Notes under the pieces: generated by a model
Database searches by the model: none
What the model saw: only the letters and a program-made list of their open reading frames with translations
Told to the model about the DNA's origin: nothing
Shown: positions 1 through 10,641 of the stretch, one piece after another
How the letters are laid out: each line of letters begins with the position of its first letter
Position numbering within the stretch: position 1 is the stretch's first letter
Made by a program: the position numbers and the translations under genes
From: Coniocarpon cinnabarinum
Taxonomy: Eukaryota
Length of the DNA stretch: 22,323 nt
NCBI GenBank assembly: GCA_051942205.1
Contig: JAVECO010000099.1
Span: forward strand, 62,001-84,323
Direction of reading: 5' to 3'

Positions 1-2372
1 CTTGCGTCCACTGTCTCCCCATCCAGAGGTGCGTAGATCCTGATCGACCCTGTCGTGTTGCCGGAGCCTTCGCTAGCGGAGCTTCCCAGCAGTTGCTCAC
101 AATCAGCCTTCATCAGATTGGTTTCTTCACTTCCGCCTGCAGTGAGGATCAAACTACGCGGCTTGATCAGCGGCAACAGATTTTGCAGCGAACGCTTATC
201 ATGTATGCCAGAATAATCCACGGCGACCAGCTTTGTCTTGATATTCATGTGGTCCATCGTAAAGGTCACCTTCTGCGGGCCCAGCATCTGAGGCTCAGCC
301 GGCTCGTAGTCGGACTCCTCAGATTCGTCCTCGTCCTCTTCCTGCTCTGCTGCAGCTTTTGCGTCCTCACGCTTCGTTGCAGGTCGCTCATTAGTGCTAC
401 TCTTGCGGCGCTTATTTCCCTTGGCTCCTTGCGCACCCGAACCATTCGCGCCGCCACCGAGCCTTCCGTCAAGACGCCTCTTTTGGCCAATCTGGGTGTT
501 CTCTTTTTCGGTGAGGTCCGCTGGCCTTTGGGAATCAACATCATCCCTTTCCTCTGCGCGTAGATAGTCTTCCGGCCTGATGAGATCACCAAATTCGTCA
601 TTGCGCTTGCGTTTGGCAATAAACGGAAACACTCGTTCGCGACCGCGCTTGCCGCGGACGTCAAAGTCGTGGGCATTCTTGCGTCGTAGAAGAACGTTGA
701 TGCCCAGCTCTTCGTCTGTCACTCCGAATTTGCGTTTCGACGTTTGCATCGTGGTCGCGGTGTTCAGCATTCTGCCTTGATGCTCGTCGTCTGAGTCCTC
801 TGACGAGGAGCTGGAAGAATTGTCGTCGACCGCGTCTGTCGATGTCTCCAGCGTCGTACTGGCGTTCAATGAGCTCGCATCTTGTCGCTGGCGTTGGCGC
901 GAGAGGTATTGTTGATACACAGCCGTCTCGTCAAGGCCCAGCGCCGCGACTGATGTGTTCATCACTTCGAAATCGTCGTTCAATTGCACGATGGTGTTTT
1001 CCCTATCGACCTTGGCGGCAAGCATGTTGATGAGACTGAGATCTCGACTTTCACGAGCATCTGCGTCGGAAGAGCTGGGGGTAAAAGGAATCACGACAAG
1101 GCTGTGACTGTCTTCGTGCATGCTGCTCAAGATGTCTCGCGAGAATCCCCAATCCAATGTGTCACTCGAAGCAAGAAACACCTTAGCGCCTGAAGATGTA
1201 AGAACGCGATCAAGCTGCGATTTGCGTTCAATTAGCTTTAGATACTTGAAGTCGAAGGGTTGACTTCCTCGCGAAGCTTGGCCGGGCGCTGCGCGAGGAG
1301 CGGCCTGCGTCTCAAAGTCCTTGACTACGTTCTCATCCATCCACTCAAGCATACTCCTAGCATACTTCATGGTCGCATCGGACTGGTGAGTCGCCATAGA
1401 GAGCTTGGCATTCCTGAGCTCAACGTGATCAACCCATGCTCGCTCCAAGAGGAATGCAAGCTCAAGCGCTCGAGCACTCGAGTCGCATGGAATCAACACC
1501 GTGGCGCCCTGCTGAATCGTCTGCTGAATGTGACGTAGCAAATGCTCGTCTCTGGCTCTCCAACCGCCTGAAGTTGCGACAATTTGCGATCGCTTGCTGC
1601 TGCAGACGAGGGCCGTTGGCTGTCGGAGCTGCTCAATCACCTCCGAGCCCGAGGTTGCGCCTCCACCTAGCCAGGCCGCGCCTGAGGTGATGTTCTCTCT
1701 CGCTTGACTCCAATCCACAGCGTATACCACCGACTCCGATCCATACCGTATATGCCAGATGGTGCCGCCAACAGAGTGGCCAGCAGGATACGCTGTGATT
1801 GTCAAACCTTCTAATGGTGGTGCATTGGACGAAGAGACGGGCTCATGTTCTTGTGAGTATTTCAGAGGGTGGATATGCGAGAAGTAACCAGCAATCTCTT
1901 CCGTCGACGGCCTGGGCAGCAGTATGTGTGTGTCCGACGAATGCTGATCGGTGTCTCCGTTGATCTCCGCAAGAGCATTGGCAGGGAGCGTGGAGGAGGC
2001 GAGCGCCGTAGAAGAATAGAGATCTTCGGTCAGAGTACGCCCAAAGGAGATGACCGGAACCGTAGCGTACACGGGAATACGATCAAAGAGCGGGATGTGT
2101 TTGCAGCAATGAGCGTAGGCGCCGAGGTGAGCAAGCGTCGGATGGGTCAGGAGAATGAGGGAAATCGTGGGAGCCTGTCTGCCGAAACGATTAGCTTCCA
2201 GACTGGTAGCAGTCGAGCCTACTTACCTATCAAGAGCCCTCAAGGTATCAGTGCTGAAGCGGTCGTCCCAGCCAACGTCAATGAGGACTTTGACACCGCC
2301 GTCGAACTCCAGTAAGGATTGATTTGCCGGGCAGGTAGACTGGGCGCCAACGAGAGACGTGAAAGTAAACAT
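1..2372 (-). CDS. CFT2: Cleavage and polyadenylation specificity factor subunit 2 (CPSF100/Cft2/Ydh1), inactive metallo-beta-lactamase/beta-CASP protein; 3' end lies outside the window
   Basis: Exon 1 is 2372-2227 (MFTFTSLVGAQSTCPANQSLLEFDGGVKVLIDVGWDD). A 48-nt intron at 2226-2179 has GTAAGT..GCTAAT..CAG. Exon 2 runs from 2178 to the window edge and includes LILLTHPTLAHLGAYAHCCKHIPLF, YPAGHSVGGTIWHI..VYAVDWSQAREN, RVFPFIAKRKRNDEFGDLIRPEDYLRAEERDD and IYAPLDGETVDA, all typical of fungal Cft2. Frame was consistent at the start, middle and end positions I checked. The HxHxDH motif is degenerate (HPTLAH), as expected for CPSF100. Confidence 0.96.
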
Positions 2373-3984
2373 GAGCCTGGATTCGAGGGTTGCGGTGGTA
2401 CAGGATGGCTGAGGGAGCTGAAGCCGCTCGCGAGTGAAGGGTGAACTGTGCCGATGTGGCAGGCTATCAAGTTGCAGCACGCATGGACTGTCAGCCCTTC
2501 AGTCTAGTGCTGTGCTTGCAAATGAGCTGGACAACCGCATGCGTCGTGTTAGCTTAGGTTGGCAAGCTGAAGGTGCGTGAGATCAGGCGTGGCACCCTGC
2601 CCGGTACCAAACGCCAAGCCCATCCAAACCCTACCGCATTGGGTGCAGTCGTATCGTCACGTGTCACCGATTGCCCTCGTCAACAACTCCCATTCCATGC
2701 TTTATCCTCTCCACCACGCCCTCAAGAACACCGTCACCAGGACCATGGAAGTGCACGCGCTGGACGCGATTCAAGATGCCTCTTGAACTTCCATCTGAAC
2801 ATCACAAAATCGGGACGAGCACCCTCGACTCGTGCAGATCGGTGCTGCATTCTTCCAGGGATCGACGCCTTCGCGGCACCAGTGGCGTACATCCTCCCCA
2901 CCTCGACTCTCGTGCTCGCCTGCATCCTCGACCTCTCAAGATCGAGCATCGGCCTCGCTCGTCCGAATTGGTCTCTCGTCCCGACGACCAAACGTGAGGG
3001 TTTGCCAACCCCCCTAAGCCTACGCCACACCCTCGTTCGCTCCATGCACGCACCCGTTCATGCGATGCCCGACGACCAGGTCCCCCGGCCGCTCGTGTCT
3101 GGGGGTCGCATTGGAAACTGGGCTCTCCCTCTCCGCTCGCGCCGCCAGCAGCAGGGCTCGACAAGAGCGTCAGCTGCATGTATCGATCCAACAGTTTCAC
3201 GGTCAGCTCGCCCTGGCGAACTAGCTCTTATCTAGACCGTTTCCCAGCGAGAGGGTTAGCCGTGTCGTATGCAGCTACCAATATCCAACAAGGTCTTCTG
3301 CAGCATTTGACTCAATGTCGCGCCTGTCATTGGTGCAGATGGCTGCTCTTGCCGGCCACAGACGAAATCCACTCCAAGACTCTGCATAACGCTGCTCGCT
3401 AGCTTCCGCAGTTAGACATCATTAGCGGCTTCGCCGCTCCAGAGCTCACTGTGCCAGATGTATTGCAATCTGTGAAACTTTATACAGACCTTGCTCGAAC
3501 GCACGATGATCAAGTCCTCCAACTTCGCGAGGCCTCTCGCTGCACGCCCTGCATACAGTCGCATTCAGCCAGTCACCTCGTCATCGTCCTGAGTGCTCAT
3601 GCAAGCTTCTGCACCGGGCGCCTTGTCTCGGGTGCCCTCCTCACATCCTTGTCTCACTGCCTGTGAAGAGTGCTGTGGATCGTTACACTGGAGTCAATAG
3701 CGCACATCGTGACCGTGGCTGGCGCGTCGGTATTTGACCCTCGTTCTTCTCCCCTACGCCACAGTTGGGTATCTTTCTCTCACGCGCGATCTCTCTTTTT
3801 CAGCCAGGCTCTTCTACAGCATTGTTGAGACTAACTATGCCTCCAGTTCCCTCTCGACGGGCACCAGGTTTGAATGGCCCGTCTACATTTCCGTCGCTGG
3901 TGTTGATGTCGTCGATCCGCACTCGACATGATATTTTCTGGGACCGCATCTCTGATAGGCACCTGTTGATTTGTGTCTGGGGGC

Positions 3985-5672
3985 ATGGACCGCTATAACT
4001 TTGACGCACTGAGTCGAAGCCTCAGCGCTTCACACTCGCATTCGGCGGACATCACCTCCCCCGTTGAGAGCGTGACATCTGAAGGTCTCGCTACAGATCT
4101 TTCCTCGCCTACCGTAATCGACGCCAATGAGCAACTCTCGTCGCCAGTCGAACCAGACAGCACGCAAAAGAGAAAGCGCGGCCGGCCTCGCAAACATCCC
4201 ATCGTGCCCGTCAAACCAAAGAACGGACGCTCGCGAACCGGCTGCATCACGTGTCGCAAGCGCAAAAAGAAATGCGACGAAACCAAGCCAGAATGTGAGT
4301 GTACTCGAGCTCCACTGGCCACAGGATGTTGAGCTAAGGATCAGGTCTGAACTGCAAGCACATGAATAAAGTGTGTGAAGGATTTTTCCCTTCTGAGCAT
4401 TGGAAGAGCCCGCGCCAGAAGTCTGGTGAGTCGGTAATTGCTGCTGGACCGACCCTCCACGTGGCTGAATGCGAGCCAGAACTCCGTACGAAGCCGCTTC
4501 CTAAACTGATCCACGGCGTCGAGAGTGAAGATGATCGAATGCTGTTCGATCACTTCACCATGAATCTGAGCCAATCACTCTGCCTATGGGACGGTAAGAA
4601 GTCACCCTTTGATACAATCATCGCACCTATGGCACTTGCGGACCTTGGTCTCATGCACGCAATACTGTGTCTGTCAGGTTCCCAGCTTGCGAGCGGTGCC
4701 AGCAGAACGCAAGTGCCAGAGAACGCGCGTCAGCGTGTCGCACACCGGCGCCACTACCATCTGGACCAAGCACTTAAGATGTTGCGAGAGAAACTCAGCA
4801 AGATGTCGCAGCGCCAGCAAAATCCAAACTTGATTGATGACGCAACCATTGCCACAGTCGCAATCCTTTGCATGCAAACAGTGGTCGCTGGTGATAGCCG
4901 GGGACAACACCGATTCCATTTAGATGCTGGTTACAAAATCCTCGCTTTAAATGGCAGTCATGCGAGTGGTGAGTTTCAAGCCTTCATGGTGAACTTCTTT
5001 GCGTTCCATGATATTGCCTGCCTCATAACCTCCTCAGTACATAAGAGCTCATTTATCGATGAGTCGTTCAAGCTGCCAAACTTCGTCCCGCCAGCTGCGG
5101 GCTCATATCTTGGCGTGCTGGATGGTCTCTTCGTTAACATATCGAAAATTACCAATTTACGCAGTCACATCCGGAAGCGAGCAATGGAAGAAGTTGAGCC
5201 ACTGGTCGATTCACAGTCCTTACATGCTGCACAACTTATCGATGCCGAATTACAAGAGTGGTCGAACGTGCAAGAAGACGACAGTGCACGGGCTCTGGTC
5301 AGCCAGCTCTACCGACAATGCACGTGGATCTATCTGTATCGCACAATTTATCATCGTCGACCCAGCCATGGTCTAGTCCAAGGCGTTGATAACGGCTTAG
5401 GACTGCTCAGGCGCCTCCACAATGACGAGACAGTTCAGCCCGTCCTACTCATGCCCGTATTTCTGCTCGGCTGCGCAGCTTTCGAGCATCGACACCGGCC
5501 TCAAGTAGACACGACTTTGGATCTCCTGGAGAAGACCAGAGGGAATGGCAACATCAAACACGTCCGAACTGTCGTGCACGAGATATGGCGAATGATGGAC
5601 TCCGAACATCGTGATTCATGGGACTGGGAGTCACTTATGGAGGGTCTGCATCTGGATTTCCTTCTCTCATGA
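3985..5672 (+). CDS. Zn(II)2Cys6 transcription factor with an N-terminal AT-hook-like motif and a C-terminal fungal-specific TF domain (Fungal_trans_2-like), about 545 aa
   Basis: Exons 3985-4294 and 4345-5672. The 50-nt intron (GTGAGT..GCTAAG..CAG) splits the fourth Cys codon; splicing restores CITCRKRKKKCDETKPECLNCKHMNKVC. KRKRGRPRKH lies upstream. The C-terminal helical domain has GLMHAILCLSGSQL, LLMPVFLLGCAAF and WDWESLMEGLHLDFLLS. Confidence 0.93.
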
Positions 5673-6333
5673 TCTTCGCGGCCATAATGATTTTTCCAAT
5701 CTACCAGGTCCTCGTATACTTTCCGTGATCATTAGCGATATCCGTGGTTGTCTGCCGGCGACATGGCCACACTGCCGACCGCCACCGGAGTCCCGCCCAG
5801 GCATCATGCATTCGCCTACCATGTTTTAGGCAGCCTTTGAGCCGAAGCAGGGATTATCCCGGCAACGACTGTCCTCACTCCGCGTCAGTCGGTTGTGTCT
5901 GCATGTGGTTGCAGCTCGTCTCGGAGACGAAAGATATCAAGCACAGCCACGGCCCCATAACATGAAACCGAACACATATCCAGGATAGTCGATGGTGCAT
6001 GTGTGTCCGCTGGATTTGGCAGGTTACTTTTCAAAAGGAGCGGGCATTCTGTGGCCCATGTCACCGCGTCCAGCCATGACACAGCCCGATGATAGCTTGC
6101 TGTGGAACAAAGAGCTACGAACCAACGAATTCGGCAACCCGTCCGCTCAGGGTTTCGACGGATGTCTCCTGCAATACCCTAAAATTATGAGGCTATCCAA
6201 GGTCGAGTCCCCCGCTTTGTCCCTGAATCGGTGCACCTCAGGACGCGCATTGTTCCTCCCGGCACTCGAGTCATGTGCTTGCTCGCAAGAGCGCACTGCA
6301 GCCTGCCTGTGCACTTTATGAAGTGTGAGCAAG

Positions 6334-6914
6334 GTACGCAACATCAGAGCCGGCACATGAGCCAGAGGATCACTACAGGCAATTGAGATGATCTAACGTG
6401 TGGTCCTGCCGACGTTGAAGGGCCAGTGGTGCCGTTGATGGCAACGGACTTGGCGTGTGGGAGTACCAAGTCCAAGGAAGCTTCTGTCACGCCAATAAAT
6501 GTTACGGCCCACATGGCGACGACATGGCGACGGTGGACCTTTAGTGTGCGCGAGCGCGCGGCTTCAAAGCTTGTCTCGGATGGTGAGAACGCCATGGACA
6601 CGGCATATGCCGGCCGCTGAGCTAATTTTGACGCGTGTTAGCCTCCGTTCAGTTCTTCTCGAACGATTCCTGAACTGGGACACTCCCTCTGACAGGTGCA
6701 ATCCAGCAAAACGTTCCGATGCCGCGTAGACATGCTGATCCCAACGTCATCTAGCCGGACTGTTTCCTTTAGCCTACATGTTGATCTCCTTTGACAACAA
6801 AAATTCGCTTCAAGTGATTCGAAATTGGAGCAGCGAGGCTTCGCGTTTGTTGCTCATGGCAGGTCGATTGGAGGGCAAATCAAACACCGTCACATTCGTG
6901 CTAATACAATATAG
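6334..6914 (+). pseudogene. Possible degenerate multi-exon gene or spliced non-coding transcript
   Basis: Four consecutive intron-like segments at 6334-6420, 6583-6641, 6696-6754 and 6863-6914, each with a branch-like CTRAY and an AG end. The internal exons are 162, 54 and 108 nt. Every frame contains at least one stop, and two donors (GTGCAA, GTCGAT) are weak. Confidence 0.25.
6511..6532. repeat. Perfect 11-bp tandem duplication (ACATGGCGACG)x2
   Basis: Read directly from the sequence. Confidence 0.9.
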
Positions 6915-7672
6915 TTGCGCATGGTCTGTGGAGTATACCACTATACCGATGCCAAACCCGACTTTCTGGAGCTAGGCTCGTCCCTCCATGTGGCTTACGT
7001 GTGGGACGTCACACTCGCACGCCTCCATATTGATTTCATATGCACGATCACGTACAGAATCAATTGCTCGAGCTGTCCGACTCGAACGATCCGACTTTGG
7101 ATGATTCCGAAGTCAAAGCCAGTGGGTGATCGCCTGCTTCTTACCTGCATTTGTGATATATGCATTTGCGCGATCATAATCTCTACTTTACACCATCTCA
7201 ACCGTCATCATAAGAATGCTTGGACCGTGAATGCAAAGCTTGGACTGTTTTGGACTGCTTGTCTTCATCTGTCTCTATCCGCCGAGAACGTAATTTGATC
7301 TTCGCTACACACGTATACGAATTTACATGCCCTTCTTATTTTATATAACATCCCACGCGGTGGTTTCTAATCTGCGAGCTCGATTTTCATGGGACTGCAT
7401 GCTCGTTCGATGTGGCGATCAATGTTGTCACTGAGTGAGTCAGGTGTTTCAAATTTTCCCATGGTTGACTCCAGAACGTTCATGTCGTAAATGGAACGAA
7501 GCCGATTGGCACTGATTCAGGCATATCCGAAAAGACGGTATTGGGCGTTGCCTGTTGTAAGCCATGCGACCCTTGACATTTGGGTTAGGCGAGATGACTC
7601 GAACAACAAATGTCATCGATCGTAGGCTTAACCATTGCATTGAGGGCGGTGGAAGAATCAACATGACACAAG

Positions 7673-8582
7673 TTATCGACGGTGGCGACGACGACTGAAG
7701 AGTTGCCGCAACCTGTCGAAGAACCTCCCTCTCAGATGAAAGCAGCCTCGAGGTTGTAATGTGTCAGGTTCAATGCGTGTTGCAGCTTCAGCTTCCGCTT
7801 GAGCTTGAGCTTCAGCTTCTCTCGCCGCTTCAGCTTCTCTTGCCGCTTCTGCCTCTCTCGCGGCCTGTTCTCTTCTCACGGCCTCTTCTCTTCTCGCAGC
7901 CAGCCACTTCGGGTAAATCAAAGGCAGGAAGAGGTGATGAAACCAATGGACAGAATAATCTTCGTCTTGTACTAAACATGATGGCATCAGACATCCTGCA
8001 TCAGTATAGATCATAAGACGTCTTACCATTGTTCGTATCGTCGTCGCAGGCCAGCATTCGCGTTACGCCCGAAAAGAAACTGGCATGTTTGATAAGATAG
8101 GAACGAGGGCCTTGCGGATCAGTAGGGTTTTTGAGGGACACGACTGCCTCGCTTTGACTCCTATCAGCACTGCTCTCAGGGCGTCGTGGAAGTGGCAAGC
8201 GGGCGCCGTCTTCCGCTTCTGGGGAAACCTACACAATCCAAGCTGAATAGGTCAGGCCTTGATCTCCTCCGCCACGCGCCTCCAGCCACGGTATCTTCCC
8301 GCGTTCAAAAACCTGCGCAAGCTTGAAACACGCTTTGTCGAACACGTTGCGGTGATCTCGTGGCACCAGTGTACCATAGGTCAGGAGTGTTCGGTCGCTA
8401 TTGGTCATCTGCCAGGAAGTGTCCACGTGCTGCATGGGACCAAACCATCCGTCTAATTCGGACCAGCCGCGCGACGAGTTCCCGTCGAATGTGTATCGAC
8501 CTGGAGCAATGTGGTTGTCTGCGAGCGCCGCTTGGAAATCAGCGGGATCACGTTCCGGTTTTGTCGACCGCAATTCGGGCAT
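7673..8582 (-). CDS. Hypothetical (orphan) protein, 3 exons, about 257 aa, with a charged Ala/Glu/Arg repeat and a basic C-terminal tail
   Basis: ATG at 8582 in GCAAATATG context; exon 8582-8233. Intron 8232-8152 (GTAGGT..GCTGAT..AAG), with alternative in-frame acceptors at 8161 and 8170. Exon 8151-8027, then intron 8026-7972 (GTAAGA..CTGAT..TAG), then exon 7971-7673. This joins three ORF-track fragments in frame. Differences among the three AREAEA repeat units are all synonymous. Confidence 0.7.
7809..7898 (-). repeat. Five degenerate 18-bp coding repeat units (ARREEA VRREQA AREAEA AREAEA AREAEA)
   Basis: Plus-strand units: GCTTCAGCTTCTCTCGCC, GCTTCAGCTTCTCTTGCC, GCTTCTGCCTCTCTCGCG, GCCTGTTCTCTTCTCACG, GCCTCTTCTCTTCTCGCA. 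Confidence 0.9.
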
Positions 8583-9341
8583 ATTTGCTAGATGGTCCTC
8601 TCACAAGAGCCCGTGTACTTTTATGGTTGGAATCTGAAGTCGCAGATATGGTGACGAAATATACAAATATTGGGCATCAACGAATAGAAGCTTTGTAAAC
8701 TCGTCATCATATGTGTACCTACGTGGCAGGGACAGGAGTTAAAGCCAGCATGTTTACTTTCCTGTTGCTTACCGTGCAAAAAATGTCTACCAGTGTACAT
8801 GCATGACGCGCCCCTCTGGGCGGAATGCCGGTAGGATCGAAAGTCCTACTCCAGCCTTTGTGGGGCCTTCGTAACAAGGGCATGCATAGTTCTTCTTCCG
8901 TGCTATGCTTGTGCAGTCCTTAATCTTTGCAGCGTTGCTACGAGTAAGACCAGAGGTTCATCATCTCGGAAGCATGGCTGATACTCTAACCTCACGCAAT
9001 TGTACCTTGGTACACCGCCGGGGCTGCAAGATATTCGCCGGTCGAGGAAGTGCGCAATGGGGTTATTATCCCATTTTGGACTGCATCCTTCCAGTAATGT
9101 GTCATGACAGCTGTGAAAAAAGTCTGCTGATAACAGCGCATTCGTATTCGAGGGATAAACAGTATTACCGCAGTCGTTACTCCATAGTGAGGCGACACGA
9201 AAGTCTCCCATGCATCTTTCTGCCTCTGACTTTCCACAACTGAAATTTCAAGGGATCATCACAGCAACAAGCAATGGCCTTGTCGTGGAATGGCATGTTT
9301 GAAGAGGAAGGAGTCAAATCTCGCGTGGGAGTATGATAAGG

Positions 9342-9361
9342 TCACGTGTTTAGATCACGTG
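9342..9361. promoter_or_regulatory. Paired TCACGTG E-boxes (candidate bHLH sites, Cbf1/SREBP-like)
   Basis: TCACGTG at 9342-9348 and 9355-9361 in intergenic DNA. Function is inferred from the motif only. Confidence 0.3.
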
Positions 9362-10641
9362 GTTTGCAATAGGACTTCATAACCAACCGTCCTCACCCCG
9401 AAGATGTTACAATCTTTGAAGAGATCTGTATGCTCGCTGATGTAATGTACAAAGCATTAGTATCGTCCTCCAAGAGGTATTCCCTCCTTAAGACTATAAA
9501 GGCTCTGCCGAAAATGGCTTTTCGTGCTCTCAGGCGATTCTCGGTCAGATTGGGTCATTCGATGACCACGCACATTTGGACCCGCACAACGGCTTGTAAG
9601 GGGCAAATTTTATTGTTCCTGAGTATCTTCGCTCTGGAACTGGAAGTAGTAGCACGCAACTGTCTTGCAGCTATTTCATAGAGGCTCGGACTGGCTGCAG
9701 CATGGCCTCTAGGGAGCGGTCAGCATCATCTAATTCTGACATAATAGCCTTCGCTCCGTCTCTGTGCTCTACATCGATGGGAGCACGACTGCATCAATTC
9801 TCCCTGACTGAGATCGGCGCATTAAATGTGATCAGAGATATTGAGCATGAATGAACGAATGGAAACAGATAAACGGATGATATGTTGGCGCAGCGAAGAG
9901 AGAGCCTCAATATGTTCAAGATTTCAAATGTCCGACTACCGATCGTCTGCGAGGCTTGCATTTACACTCCAGGAAACGACAGTATGTCAAGCCCCAGGCA
10001 GCGACACTCGAGCCTAGCAAGGTTCAAAGGTTGTCGATGCGTCGTATACTACTGTTGACATGTACCGCAAGGTCTACTTTAGCTTCTAACCGCATAGAAT
10101 TCTACACGTTGAGCGCGTAGTCTGACTACCTGTTTAATATACATGCTCACGACAGAGTACGTATTTGTGCAGAGGGTTTTGGAACGAGTTACAGGATTCG
10201 GGATGCACGCTTATGAGTGGAATGCGTGTATTTTGAAGAAAGTGTCGTAACTGGTGTCAATAGTTGTAGCCGTAGGTGTCCAATCAAGCGTGGTCTTAAA
10301 TGTCCTTCAGGATCCGTTATGCGCTTCACGCTAAAAGATTTGGTTGGGCCTGTATATAGCACCAAGGCACAGGCAAAGTGACGGTGAGTGTTAACAAGAT
10401 GGCTCTGTCACCTCGACCCTCATTTCTTGTTTTGCACCGGGTACTCCTGCAATTTCCCCGTGCCTGGACACCTTTCTTCTACATCTTCGCAATCCTCACC
10501 GTCGTCCTTCTTCTACCTTTCTTCACTCATTGTCACTGTCGCTCGTTGCCCAACCTCACACGCTCCTTGAGTACATCAGTACACATTCGTACAATCGCAG
10601 TCGTTCCTTTGTTACACTAGAGCTCTAATAAACCCTTGAGA

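Noticed and set aside
93..2315. Plus-strand ORFs and the minus-strand ORF 266-676
   Set aside because: Antisense or off-frame shadows of CFT2.
2573..3235. 220-aa ORF and overlapping ORFs in the divergent intergenic region
   Set aside because: Non-ATG start, Arg/Pro/Ser-rich composition typical of GC-rich non-coding DNA, and no recognisable motif.
8229..8231. In-frame TAG between two same-frame ORFs, suggesting A-to-I restorative editing (UAG to UGG) or readthrough
   Set aside because: The TAG sits inside a good GTAGGT splice donor with in-frame acceptors downstream, so an ordinary intron explains it.
8903..9243. Overlapping 102-112 aa ORFs, including MLVQSLIFAALLR followed by a GTAAGA donor
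   Set aside because: No suitably placed acceptor after the CTAAC branch motif and no convincing spliced product.
10378..10620. Hydrophobic 80-aa ORF
   Set aside because: The hydrophobicity comes from a pyrimidine-rich promoter/5'UTR tract ahead of the gene at 10642.
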